From Mustelus asterias (Eukaryota), in assembly GCF_964213995.1 (NCBI RefSeq), contig NC_135808.1:35650001-35714000 (forward strand): a stretch of 64,000 nt of DNA. Reading direction: 5' to 3'. Shown piece by piece: positions 1 to 11,237 of the stretch. Within the stretch, counting starts at the first letter, position 1, and each line of letters opens with the position of its first letter. The notes beneath the pieces were generated by a model. It was not told the DNA's origin. It saw only the letters and a list, made by a program, of their open reading frames with translations, and did no database searches. The position numbers and the translations under genes are program-made.

Positions 1-405
1 AAGATTGAGCAGGCAAACACTCTTTTCCATAGAACAGAAAAGGCTGATGGGACATCATAGAAATATTTGAAGTGATGAATTATAAGGTTAAGAATTAGAG
101 GGAAAATTGAGAGAAGCTGTTTCCATTTGTGGGAGAACATAAAACTAGGGACCAAAAATATAAGATGGTCAATAACAAATCTAATGAGGAATTCAGGAGA
201 AACTTATTTCCTAAGAAAATGATTGGAATGTGGAACTTGCTCCACATGGAATGTTTGAGGCAAATAGTTGTGATGTATTTGATGGGAAGCCAAGTAAGTA
301 GATGAGGGAGAAAAGAATAGAAGGATCTGCTGATAGGGTGAGATAAAATAGGTAGGGAGAAAACTCATGTGGGGCATAAGCACCAGTAGAAAGCAGATGG
401 GCCAA
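1..405 (+). mobile_element. Old CR1-type LINE 3' fragment
   Basis: Decayed CR1 ORF2 C-terminal motifs (LFPFVGE..TR, FRRN.F) followed by a CR1-like 3' UTR. Confidence 0.6.
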
Positions 406-410
406 ATAAG

Positions 411-3400
411 ACCATAAGACATAGGAGCAGAATTAGGCCACTCAGCCCATCGAGTCTGCTCCACCATTCAATCATAGCTGATATTTTTATCATCCCCATT
501 CTCCTGCCTTTTCCGCATAACCCCTGATCCCCTTATTAATCAAGAATCTGTCTATCTCTGTCTTAAAGACACTCAATGACCTGGCCTCCACAGCCTTCTG
601 CGGCAAAGAGTTCCACAGACTCACCACTCTCTGGCTGAAGAAATTCCTCCTCATATCTGTTTTAAAGGGACGTCTCTTTAGCCTGAAGTTGTGCCCTCTG
701 GTTCTAGTTTTTCCTACTAGTGGAAACATCCTACCCACATCCACTCTATCCAGGCCTCGCAGTATCCTGCAAGTTTCAATAAGATCCCCCCTCATCCTTC
801 TAAACTCCAACAAGTACAGACCCAGAGTCCTCAACCGTCCCTCATACGACAAGCTCTTCATTCCGGGGATCATTCTTGTGAACCTCCTCTGGACCCTTTC
901 CAAGGCCAGCACATCCTTCCTTAGGTATGTGGCCCAAAACTGCTCACAGTACTCCAAATGGAGTCTGACCAGAGCCCTACACAGCCTCGGAAGTACATCC
1001 CTGCTCTTGTATTCTAGCCCTCTTGACATGAATGCTAACATTGCATTTGCCTTCCTAACTGCCGACTGAACCTGCACGTTAACCTTAAGAGAATCTTGAA
1101 CAATGACTCCCAAGTCCCTTTGTGTTTCTGATTTCCTAAGCATTTTCCCATTTAGAAAAAAGTCTATGCCTCCATTCCTCCTTCCAAGGTGCATAACCTC
1201 ACACTTTTCCACATTGTATTCCATCTGCCACTTCTTTGCCCACTCTCCTAACCTGTCCAAGTCCTTCTGCAGCTCCCCTGCTTCCTCACTACTACCTGTC
1301 CCTCTACCTATCTTTGTATCATCTGCAAACTTAGCAACAGTGCCTTCAGTTCCTTCCTCCAAATCGTTAATGTATATTCTGAAAAGTTGTGGTCCCAGCA
1401 CTGACCCCTGAGGCACACCACTAGTCACCTGCTGCCATCCTGAAAAATACCCCTTTATCCCCACTCTCTGCCTTCTGCCAGTCAGCCAATCCTCTATCCA
1501 TGCCAGGATCTTACCTTTAACACCATGGGCACTTAACTTATTTAACAGTCTCCTATGCGTCACCTTGTCAAAGGCCTTCTGGAAATCTAAATAAATCACA
1601 TCCACTGACTCTCCTTTATCTAACTTCCTTGTTACCTCCTCAAAGAACTCTAACAGATTTGTCAGATATGACCTCCCCTTGACAAAGCCGTGCTGACTTA
1701 GTCCTCCTTTATCATCCACTTCCAAGTACTCTGCGATCTCATCTCTAATAATGGGCTTTAACATCTTGCCAATGACTGAAGTCAGGCTAACCGGCCTATA
1801 TTTCCCATCTGCTGCCTCCCTCCCTTCTTAAACAGCAGTGTTACATTAGCTACTTTCCAGTCCTCTGGTACCCTCCCTGCCTCCAGTGATGCCTGAAAGA
1901 TCACCACCAATGCCTCCACAATTTCCTCAGCTATCTCTTTTAGAAACCTGGAATGTAGTCCATCCGGTTCAGGTGATTTATCCATCTTCGGTTTCCCCAG
2001 AACCTTCTCCTTAGTGATGGCCACTACACTCACCTGTGCCCCCTGACTCTCCTGGATCTCTGGCATCCCACTGGTGTCTTTCATCAGGAAGACTGATGCA
2101 AAGTAACTATTCAGTTCCTCTGCCATTGCTTTGTTTCCTATTATTACTTCTCCAGTCTCATTTTCCAGTGGTCCAATGGCTATTTTTGCCTCTCTGTTAC
2201 CTTTCATATATTAAAAAAACTCTTCCTATCTTCTTTTATATTACTAGCTAGCTTACACTCATATTTCATCTTCTCCCCCCTTATTGCTTTTTTAGTTGTC
2301 CTCTGCTCGCTTTTAAAGGCTTCCCAATCCTCTGGCTTCCCACTCATCCTTGCCACTTTGTATGCTTTTTCTTTTGCTTTTATGCTGTCCTTGACTTCCC
2401 TCGTCAGCCATGGATGCCTCATCCTCCCCTTAGCATGTTTCCTCCTCCTTGGGATGAATCTCTGTTGTGCCTTCTGAATAACTTTCAAAAACTCCTGCCA
2501 TTGCTGTTCCACTGTCTTCCCTGCTAGGCTCCCTTTCCAATCAACCCTGGCCAGCTCCTCCCTCATGCCTTTGTAGTTATCTTTATTTAATTGTAATACT
2601 GTTATGTCTGATTCCAGCTTCTCCCTCTCAAACTGCAGCGTAAATTCTATCATATTGTGGTCACTGCTCCCGAAGGGTTCCTTCACCTTAAGTTCTCTAA
2701 TCAAGTCTGCCTCATTACACATCACCAAATCCAGAATTGCCTGTTCCCTAGTAGGCTCTGTCACAAGCTGCTCCAAAAACCATCTCTTAGACATTCCACA
2801 AATTCATTTTCTTGGGATCCACTACCTACCTGATTTTCCCAGTCCACCTGCATATTGAAGTCCCCCATGATTATTGTAACATTGCCTTTTCTATCTCCTG
2901 ATTTATTTTCTGCCCCACATCCTGACTACTGATAGGGGGCCTGTACATAACTCCCATCAGGGTCTTTATTCCTTTGCGATTCCTCAACTCTACCCACAGA
3001 GATTCTATGCCTTCTGATCCTATATCACTTCTTGCTATCGATTTAACTTCATTCCTTACTAACAATGCAACCCCACCCCATTTTCCCATCTGCCTGTCCT
3101 TCTGATAGGACACGTATTTAGATCAGAGCCCTGATCCCCTTGCAGCCACGTCTCTGTGATGCCCACAACATCGTAGTGGCCAATTTCAATGTGCACAGCA
3201 AGCTCATTTACCTTGTTCCGTATACTGCGCGCATTTAGGTACAACACCCTCAGTCCTGCATTGACCACCTCCATTCTCATACTTGTCACCTTTTGTTGCT
3301 CTGCTTGAGGTTAGATTCCTGCCACCTTCTATACTCTCTGTTCTATTATGTGGTATGGAAACTTTACTAACCTCTCCTGAGCCCTCAGCTCCATTAACCT

Positions 3401-3500
3401 GCACTTCTACCCTCTCCTTTAACTTTGATTTTCTAATTCTCCATACAAGTGAACTCTCTACCCCACTATTTAGTTTAAAGCCCTATCTACGGCCGTAGTT
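411..3500 (-). mobile_element. CR1 LINE (HER1-like), near-complete ORF2 broken by frameshifts
   Basis: APE motifs YLNARSIRNK / GITETWL / SDHNMI (ORFs 3059-3289, 2871-3113, 2204-2794); RT motifs [27 protein letters not shown] (ORF 490-1764); short-repeat tail accataagaccataagac at 411. Confidence 0.95.
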
Positions 3501-3539
3501 ATATGGTCTGATTCAGTGCTTTAAAAACTGGAATCAAAA

Positions 3540-3632
3540 TTTTATAAATGCGAGGAGTACTCAGCAGGTCAGGCAACATCTCTGGAGGGAAACAGAGTTA
3601 ACATTTCAGCTCGAGATGATCTTTCAGCAGAA
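3540..3632 (-). mobile_element. Decayed Penelope-type terminal repeat of a second family, with degenerate hammerhead core
   Basis: Minus strand reads CTGCTGA-AAGATCATCTCGAGCT-GAAATGTTAAC, resembling CUGAUGA..GAAACGUU. Confidence 0.45.
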
Positions 3633-3789
3633 ACTAGGTCTGATATCAAGTGGCTTTTTTATTGTCAGAGCGCAACCTCCACTCACCAAGTCTGACACCT
3701 CTCCCTCACCAGCCCCTCACACTCCTGATTCTCCCAGCTAATGCTACCCACAGCAGCATATCTGACCACCCCTCCACCACTCATACAAG

Positions 3790-4280
3790 CGTATGAATTA
3801 GAAGTAGGCCACTCAGCCCTTTGTGCCTGCTTCACCATTCAATAAGATCATTTCCGTTTCTCTCCAATAACCTTTTATTCCTGATCAAGAATCTATCACT
3901 GCCATAAAAATATTCACCACATTCTAAGAGAAAAAAATCATTTTCATCTCCATCTTAAATAGGTGACCCCTTTTTAAACCAGGGCCCCTAATTCTAGATT
4001 GTCCAACAAGAGGAAACATCCTCTCCACATCCACCCTGTTAAGACCCCTCAGGATCCAGTATGCTTCAATTAAGTCACCTCTCACGCTTGTAAACTCTAC
4101 TGGGTACAAGCCTAGCCTGTCCAACCTTTCCTCATTACACGAGCTACCCATTCTAAATGTTACACTAGTAAACCTTCTCCGAACTGCTTCTAACACATTT
4201 ATATCTTTCCTTAAAAAAGGAGACCAGTACTGTACACAATACCCAGATGTGGTCTCACTGATGCCCTGTATAACTAAATT
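3790..4280 (-). mobile_element. CR1 LINE 3' fragment
   Basis: ORF 3924-4196 (RRRFT..RGDLIEAY..VDVERMFPLVG). Confidence 0.85.
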
Positions 4281-4479
4281 ATAACTGGCCTCACAGTAAA
4301 TGGTAGCATTCCAAATTACACAGCAGAGAGGTAATCAGGAGACTTCTGGGATAATTGGTAAATTTTATTTCCTCAGAATTGGTCACCCTGGAGTTAACAT
4401 CTGAATCACAGTTTCTCCCACAGCACAGAGTAAGCCCAAGTCACAGTGTTACTCCTCAAGCACCGGGTGAATCCTAGAG

Positions 4480-5236
4480 TCATGATGTGGAGATGCCGGC
4501 GTTGGACTGGGGTAAACACAGTAAGTAGTCTAACAACACCAGGTTAATGTCCAACAGGTTTATTTGGTAGCAAACATAAGGCATAACTATAGGGTTCATG
4601 GTGGGAGATATAGGAAGGATGTCCGAGGTAGGTTTTTTATTCAGAGAGTGGTTGGGGTGTGGAATGGACTGCCTGCAGGGATAGTGGAGTCAGACACTTT
4701 AGGAACATTTAAGAAGCTATTGGATAGGCACATGGAGCACTTCAGGATGATAGGGAGGAAATAGCTTGATCTGGGTTTCAGACAAAGCTCGGCACAACAA
4801 CGTGGGCCGAAGGGCCTGTTCTGTGCTGTATTGTTCTATGTTCTATGTTCTTTCAAACGCCACTAGCTTTCGGAGCGCTGCTGGACGGCCTCAACCGGGA
4901 TCTTGGGTTCATGTCACACTATCTGTAACTCCCACAACTTGCCTGGACTTGCAAAATCTCACTGGCTGTCCTGTCTGGAGATAATACACGTCTTTTTAAC
5001 CTGTGCTAATGCTCCCTCCACTCACATTGTCTGTACCTTTAAGACATGATTAGCTGTAAAGACTCGCATTCCATTCATTATTCGGTAAATTGAGATTGTG
5101 TCTTTATATGCCCTGTTTACTGGGTATGAGCAGATCTCCCACTCACCTGACGAAGGAGCAGTGCTCCGAAAGCTAGTGGCGTTTGCTACCAAATAAACCT
5201 GTTGGACTTTAACCTGGTGTTGTTAGACTCCTTACT
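4480..5236. mobile_element. Penelope-derived fold-back element with hammerhead motif and a nested CR1 3' end (~4575-4850)
   Basis: 13-bp TSD GTGAATCCTAGAG (4467-4479 / 5237-5249); inverted termini ACACCAGGTTAA..CCAACAGGTTTATTTGGTAGC; GIY-YIG C-terminal remnant GLNRDLGFMSHYL. Confidence 0.85.
5144..5178 (+). ncRNA. Minimal type I hammerhead ribozyme motif
   Basis: CAC-CTGACGA-A-GGAGC agt GCTCC-GAAA-GC-TA-GTG: catalytic core, stem II, stem I (CAC/GTG), palindromic AGCT stem III. Confidence 0.75.
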
Positions 5237-5389
5237 GTGAATCCTAGAGCACAGACACACTCCCAAAATCACTTCCTACATCTGAGTTTTACTCCCTAAT
5301 TCATGTTATTAATCCCAAAGACACAGAATTACTTCTCAAACAATGGTTTAATCTTCACTGCCAATCCCTTTCTCTCTCCAGTGTCTCTC

Positions 5390-5548
5390 TTTTACCAGGG
5401 GAACAGCAGTTGCAATAAGTGAGGTTTTATTCAGATGGGACAATGACAAGTTTAAATCCCCACCTGATCTGCTGCTCAAAGTCGCCTCCGTTTCACCGGT
5501 CAGTTTCCCAAGCTTTAGGAAACTCATGTTACTCCAGAAATATTAGGA
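5390..5548 (+). repeat. Cassette-associated repeat module (copy 1 of 6)
   Basis: Homologous to 9797-9948(-), 18395-18730(+), 42345-42550(+), 43456-43790(-), 50746-51090(-). Confidence 0.85.
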
Positions 5549-5617
5549 TTGGCTGTGAGAGACTTCAATCAGAGAGCCCACCCACTCTGCCCATTCTCTC
5601 CTCTTCCTCTTTCACAG

Positions 5618-5660
5618 CTGCTTCACTTCCTGTAGGGACTGAAAACCAAGCGAGGAGATG
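5618..5660 (+). other. Predicted 43-nt leader exon of ZNF unit A
   Basis: Pyrimidine tract + CAG acceptor; ends ATG|GTGAGT; same boundaries at 18799-18841(+) and 50635-50677(-). Confidence 0.55.
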
Positions 5661-7058
5661 GTGAGTGAAGGAGCAGAATTTATAATAATTACATTGCATA
5701 ATCTCCACACTAATGTTCAGGCAGTCTGACTATCCTGTGGGGAATCAGATGTGGAAATGCCCCTTATGCTGTGTGAGAAGATCCAGCTGAGAGACCTGTT
5801 TACTCGGTGCTTTGTGCTGAGCTGTTTGATTGGAGCTGTGTGTTGGATATTGAGTGTGTTTATTGGAAGCATTTCCCTTCTGATTTACTCATCTTTTTAA
5901 CCTGTGAGTTTTGTTGATGGATCATTGCTGAATATGAGAAGGTGAGGTGTAATTATCTGAGAGGGGCAGAAACACATTTATTGAAATGTCTTTTAATGCC
6001 TTCTTTAAATATTTTACCTGAAGGCCTCGACATTTCCCAAAAGCCTGGGCTTGGATTTGATCATTTTGTCCAGTGCTGTGTCTGATAGCTGAATTTGGGA
6101 TGTGCAGTCTGAGTGTGGTGTATCTAATTTCCCAGGATAAACCAGAACCCTTCAATCAGCTACACTGAAACAATATTTTCCTTTAGCTTCTAGCACTTTC
6201 TGCCCAGTGTGTTTTCTTCAAATAATTTGGGTAAACCAGGGGAGAAATTTCAAAATCCCCATTAAATTAACATTTCTCCTGGGTGTTATATTAAACACAT
6301 AGTCCAAGGATCTTCACCAGCTTGAGCTCATTGTGAATTGATAGCCTGTTTTACACTCCACCTGACTGTCTTTTCCATTGCCCTTATGGTGCCTGGGAAG
6401 ATGGGGGTCTGGGTGGAGAAAAGAAAGTAGTCACATTGTCTGCTCCTGATCACCATCCACCATCGCTATTGGAAACAAGAGGGTGTGTGACAGTCAATTG
6501 AGGAAAAATAATGGACTTGTATCTGATTTCCCATACCAGGGAATAGCAGTCCAGCACTCACTGTGGAACAGTCTCTAACTGAGGAGTCAGCCCCTTCAAC
6601 ATTGGAGGAGAGGGAGTTGGAGGAAATCATGTTTCCTTTTCCTGTTTTACAGAAGGATTGCACCGTACTACACCAGAGAATACAGAGAGGATAGACACCA
6701 CAGATAATTCCTGACCATCACCCAAGGAACAATTACACGACTGTGGGAAGACATCCAGTCGCTTCACATCATTGCTCAACACAGAGAAGGTTGGGCAGTG
6801 AAACCATTATCTGGAAATTGGTCGGCTCAGGGGAGCTTTTACATATCATCAGATTTGAGATCGCTCAGTGGTGTGGAACTTTCCATCAGAACCAACCTCT
6901 CCAAAAGTTTGGCTTTGAGTGATTATTCAGGGTAAGTAGGTGAGAGGTGAGAGTTTCAATCATTCATCGAGCCTCATGAATCACTGACTCATTCCTACAG
7001 GTGAGAGGCTATTCAAGTGTGAAGTGTGTGAGGAGGGCTCCACAGGCTCATCAGATCT

Positions 7059-7378
7059 GGGTGGCATGGTGGCACAGTGGTTAGCACTGCTGCCTCACAG
7101 CGCCAGGGGCCCAGGTTCGATTCCTGGCTTCACTGATTCCAGGGTCACTGTCTGTGTGAAGTTCGCACGTTACCCCGTGTCTGCATGGGTTTCCTCCGAG
7201 TGCTCCAGTTTTCTCCCACACTCCGAAAGATGTGCTGGTTAGGTGCATTGGCCATGCTAAATTCTCCCTCAGTGTACCCGAACAGGCGCCGGAATGTGGC
7301 GACTGGGGGATTTTCACAGTAACTTCATTACAGTGTGAATGTAAGCCTACTTGTGACTAATAAATAAACTTTACTTTA
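7059..7378 (+). mobile_element. HE1-like tRNA-derived V-SINE in the ZNF-A leader
   Basis: A box TGGCACAGTGG, B box GGTTCGATTCC, V-SINE core TGGGTTTCCTCC; 7-bp TSD CAGATCT. Confidence 0.9.
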
Positions 7379-7540
7379 CAGATCTCCAAAAATACATGGT
7401 GCATCTATAGCAACCATTGTTAACACAAGGTCATCTTCATGGACGAAACAGTGTGAGATCTGTGATAAATTTTTTGTGACATCTTCCAGCCTTCTGATAC
7501 ACCAGAGGATTCACACAGGTGAGAACTGTTCCAATGTGAG

Positions 7541-8812
7541 GTGTGTGAGGCAACATTCACCAATTCCTCCAATCTGCTGAGACACCAGAGGATTCACTCG
7601 GGAGAGAAGCTATTCTCTTGTGATATGTGTGACAAATCATTCTCTCAGTCATCACATCTTCTTGAGCACCAACGCGTTCACACAGGAGAGAAACCATTCA
7701 CGTGTGAGGTTTGCAACAAGTCATTCACACGGTCATCAGACTTCCATGTTCACCAACGCATTCACACCGGGGAGAAACCATTCACATGTGAGGTTTGCGA
7801 CAAAGCATTCTCCGATTCATCAGCCCTCCGCGAACATCGACGCATTCACACAGGGAGTGTGAATGAAAGGGAGAAACCATTCACATGTAAGGCATGTGAT
7901 AAATCATTCTTGTGGTCATCAGACCTCTGTGTCCATCAACGCATTCACACGGGGGAGAAACCTTTCACCTGTGAAGTGTGTGACAAATCATTCCCACAGT
8001 CATCGACCCTCTGGATACACCACCACATTCACACAGGAAAGAATCCATTCCAATGTCAAGTGTGCAACAAATCATTCTCACAGTTATCAAAACACCTGCT
8101 CCATCAGACAGTCCACACAGTTGGAAAACTATACAAATGTGAGATGTGTGGCAAAGACTTCAGGCAGTTATCAAAGCTCATGGTTCATCAGCGGATCCAC
8201 ACAGGGGAGAAACCATTCACATGTGAGGTGTGTGACAAATCATTCTCACAGTCATCCACCCTCCACAATCACCAACGCATTCACACAGGAGAGAAACCGT
8301 TCATATGTGAAGTGTGCGACAAATCATTCTCAGATTCATCAGCCCTCCGAGGACACCGACGCATTCATACAGGTGAGAAACCATTCACATGTGAGGTGTG
8401 TGGCAAATCATTCTCGCGGTCCTCAGAGCTCCGTGTCCACCAACGTATTCACACTGGGGAGAAACCATTCACGTGTCAGTTGTGTGGCAAATCATTCTCA
8501 CGGTCGACAGAGCTCCATGCCCACCATCGCATTCATACCGGGGAGAGACCATTCAAGTGTGAGGTGTGTGACAAAGCTTTTGCACAGTTATCAAAGCTCC
8601 TGATCCATCAGAGGATTCACACAGGGGAGAAACCATTCATGTGCAAATTGTGTGGCAAATCATTCTCGCAGTCATCGAGCCGACGTAGACACCAACGCAT
8701 TCACACAGGAGAGAAACCATTCACATGCGAGGTGTGTGACAAATCATTCTCACAGTCTCAAATCCTCCGCACACACCAACGCATTCACACGGAGATAGTT
8801 GTTCAAGTATGA
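7541..8812 (+). CDS. Tandem C2H2 zinc-finger protein A (15 fingers in open frame; start uncertain, possibly pseudogenising)
   Basis: CxxC-12-HxxxH repeats with TGEKPF linkers; the ATG equivalent to that of paralogs (7439) reads MDETV*; first in-frame ATG is 7625. Confidence 0.75.
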   Translation: MCEATFTNSSNLLRHQRIHSGEKLFSCDMCDKSFSQSSHLLEHQRVHTGEKPFTCEVCNKSFTRSSDFHVHQRIHTGEKPFTCEVCDKAFSDSSALREHRRIHTGSVNEREKPFTCKACDKSFLWSSDLCVHQRIHTGEKPFTCEVCDKSFPQSSTLWIHHHIHTGKNPFQCQVCNKSFSQLSKHLLHQTVHTVGKLYKCEMCGKDFRQLSKLMVHQRIHTGEKPFTCEVCDKSFSQSSTLHNHQRIHTGEKPFICEVCDKSFSDSSALRGHRRIHTGEKPFTCEVCGKSFSRSSELRVHQRIHTGEKPFTCQLCGKSFSRSTELHAHHRIHTGERPFKCEVCDKAFAQLSKLLIHQRIHTGEKPFMCKLCGKSFSQSSSRRRHQRIHTGEKPFTCEVCDKSFSQSQILRTHQRIHTEIVVQV

Positions 8813-9119
8813 GTTAGCTGACAAAGCTTTGCAAAGTTTTCAGAGCTCCTGGTCCATCAGACAGTTCAGTTGAAGTGCGAGGTGTGTAGTCACCAGAGCT
8901 CCCCCGTCAGAGGATCCACACTGGTCAGTAACCATTCATGTGTAAGGTTTGCATTAAAATTTTCTTGACTTTGCACTGTGAAATATCAGTTCTGTAATAA
9001 AGCCTTCAGATAGTTGTCGGACATCCTGGGACATCACTGAACCCACATGGGAACTATCTAACTAAGGTTTTACCAATTGGTTATCAGAGTGTGAATCTCT
9101 ACACAAGCTCACAGTAAAG

Positions 9120-9550
9120 GATGTTCAGTGTTATTGGGCCAGAACAAGAAGCAGCTTTCATTTGCATCAAACAACTGGTGATGACAACGTTAGTGCTGAG
9201 GTACTATGATGTCAATGATGAAGTTACCCTGCAGTGAGATCCCAGTGAAACAGGACTTGGAGCAACATTCATGCAGCAAAGACAACCAGTTGTGTTTGTA
9301 TCCAGAGTATTAGCACAAACTGAACAGTCCATACACGGATTGAGAAAGGGTGCCTGGATATTGTCTTTTCTTGTGAGTATTTCAACCAATACCTGTTTGG
9401 AAGAGAGAAAGTGATGGTAGAGTCTGACCACAAGTCACTTCAAAGCATCTTTCTCAATCCGCTTCTATCTGCTCCAAAACATTTACAAAGGATTTTACTT
9501 TGTTTGCAGAGATATCATTTGGAGGTGAAGACCTAAACACTTGAAAGATT
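9120..9550 (+). mobile_element. Ty3/Gypsy pol (RT connection / RNase H) remnant
   Basis: Decayed YYDVNDEVTLQ..GLGATFMQ..QPVVFVSR..ESDHKSLQSIF; paralogous to 22240, 32750, 42550. Confidence 0.8.
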
Positions 9551-10117
9551 AAATGTACAATTTGCATGTGAGGAGAGACGAGAGCAAAGGGTTTTATAGT
9601 GTAAGTGTGATACTTTTCTTTATGGACTATTTATGTGGAGTAACTTATAAACAAAAAGTGGTTGTTTGGATAAATCCCTTTGTACGCTGTGGATCCCATA
9701 TTAACGTGACAACTGAGGTCAACATATATAAATAAAGATTTGAAGGCAGTAACCATCTTACACAGCATGTGGAACATGGTTTAAAATTCAAATTACTCCA
9801 AATATTTCTGGAGTAACATGAGTTTCCTGAAGCTTGGGAAACTGACCGGTGAAACGGAGGCGACTTTGAGCAACAGATCAGGTGGGAATTTAAACTTGTC
9901 ATTGCCCCATCTGAATAAAACCTTACTTATTGCAGCTGCTGTCCCAGTGGGCAATGACATTTTGTCATTGGGGCTGATGGTGTGAGTTTATGACCCAGAT
10001 GGTGATATATGACAGCCCTGCCTTGTCCAGTCCTCATGTGAGGTTCAACGCCCCTTGACTCCAATTTTGGAGACTGAACACCACCTTTCCTGGAATGTCC
10101 TGGTCCATTTACTTCTT

Positions 10118-11237
10118 AGAAGTCTCACAACACCAGGTTAAAGTCATAGAAATCATAGATTTTTATCATAGAAATCATAGAAACCCTACAGTGCAGAAGG
10201 AGGCCATTCGGCCCATCGAGTCTGCACCGACCACAATCCCACCCAGGCCCTACCCCCACATATTTACCCGCTAATCCCTCTAACCTACGCATCTCAGGAC
10301 TCTAAGGGGCAATTTTTTTTTTAACCTGGCCAATCAACCTAACCCGCACATGTTTGGACTGTGGGAGGAAACCGGAGCACCCAGAGGAAACCCACGCAGA
10401 CACGAGGAGAATGTGCAAACTCCACACAGACAGTGACCCGAGCCGGGAATCGAACCCGGGACCCTGGAGCTGTGAAGCAGCAGTGCTAACCACTGTGTTA
10501 CCGTGCCGCCTGTAGTCCAACAGGTTTATTTGGCAGCACTAGCTTTCGGAGCCCCAAGCCCCTTCTTCAGTGAGGACTCGTGTTCACAAACAGCATATAA
10601 AGACACAAACACAATTTACAAGATAATGGGTGGAATGCGAGTCTTTACAGGTAATCAAGTCTGAAAGGTACAGACAATGTGAGTGGAGAGAGGGTTAAGC
10701 ACAGGTTAAAGAGATGTGTATTGTCTCCAGCCAGGACAGTTTGTGAGATTTTGCAAGTCCAGGCAAGTCGTGGGGGTTACAGGTAGTGTGACATGAACCC
10801 AAGATCCTGGTTGAGGCCATCCTCATGTGTGTGGAACTTGGCTATCAGTCTCTGCTCAGCGATTCTGCGTTGTGTGTCATGAAGGCCACCTTGGAGAATG
10901 CTTACCCGAAGATCAGAGGCTGAATGCCCGTGACTGCTGAAGTGTTCCCCGATTGGAAGGGAACACTCCTGCCTGGTGATTGTTGAACGGTGTTCATTCA
11001 TTCATTCATTGTCGTAGCGTCTGCATGGTTTCCCCAATGTACCATGCCTCAGGACATCCTTTCCTGCAGCGTATCAGGTAGACAACGTTGGCCGAGTTGC
11101 AAGAGTATGTACCGTGTACCTGGTGGATGGTGTTCTCACGTGAGATGATGGCATCCGTGTCGATGATCCAGCATGTCTTGCAGAGGTTGCTGAGGCAGGG
11201 TTATGTGATGTCGTGGTCACTGTTCTCCTGAAGGCTG
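10118..11237 (-). mobile_element. Penelope element 3' part: GIY-YIG endonuclease and terminal repeat with hammerhead motif (10537-10572)
   Basis: NVVYLIRCRKGCPEAWYIGET and EHFSSHGH..AEQRLIAKF..GLNQDLG; minus strand CTGAAGA-A-GGGGC..GCTCC-GAAAGCTA. Confidence 0.88.
10145..10510 (-). mobile_element. HE1-like V-SINE nested in Penelope
   Basis: Full tRNA head, V core and TTCTATGA-type tail. Confidence 0.92.

Noticed and set aside
689-1411. Antisense ORFs over CR1 copies (also 36861-38171, 58005-58595)
   Set aside because: Reverse-frame by-products of LINE ORF2
7863-8603. 246-aa alternative-frame ORF with RNHSH repeats (similar ones at 19755, 47490, 55701)
   Set aside because: Expected shifted-frame shadow of repetitive zinc-finger codons; broken at different places in each paralog
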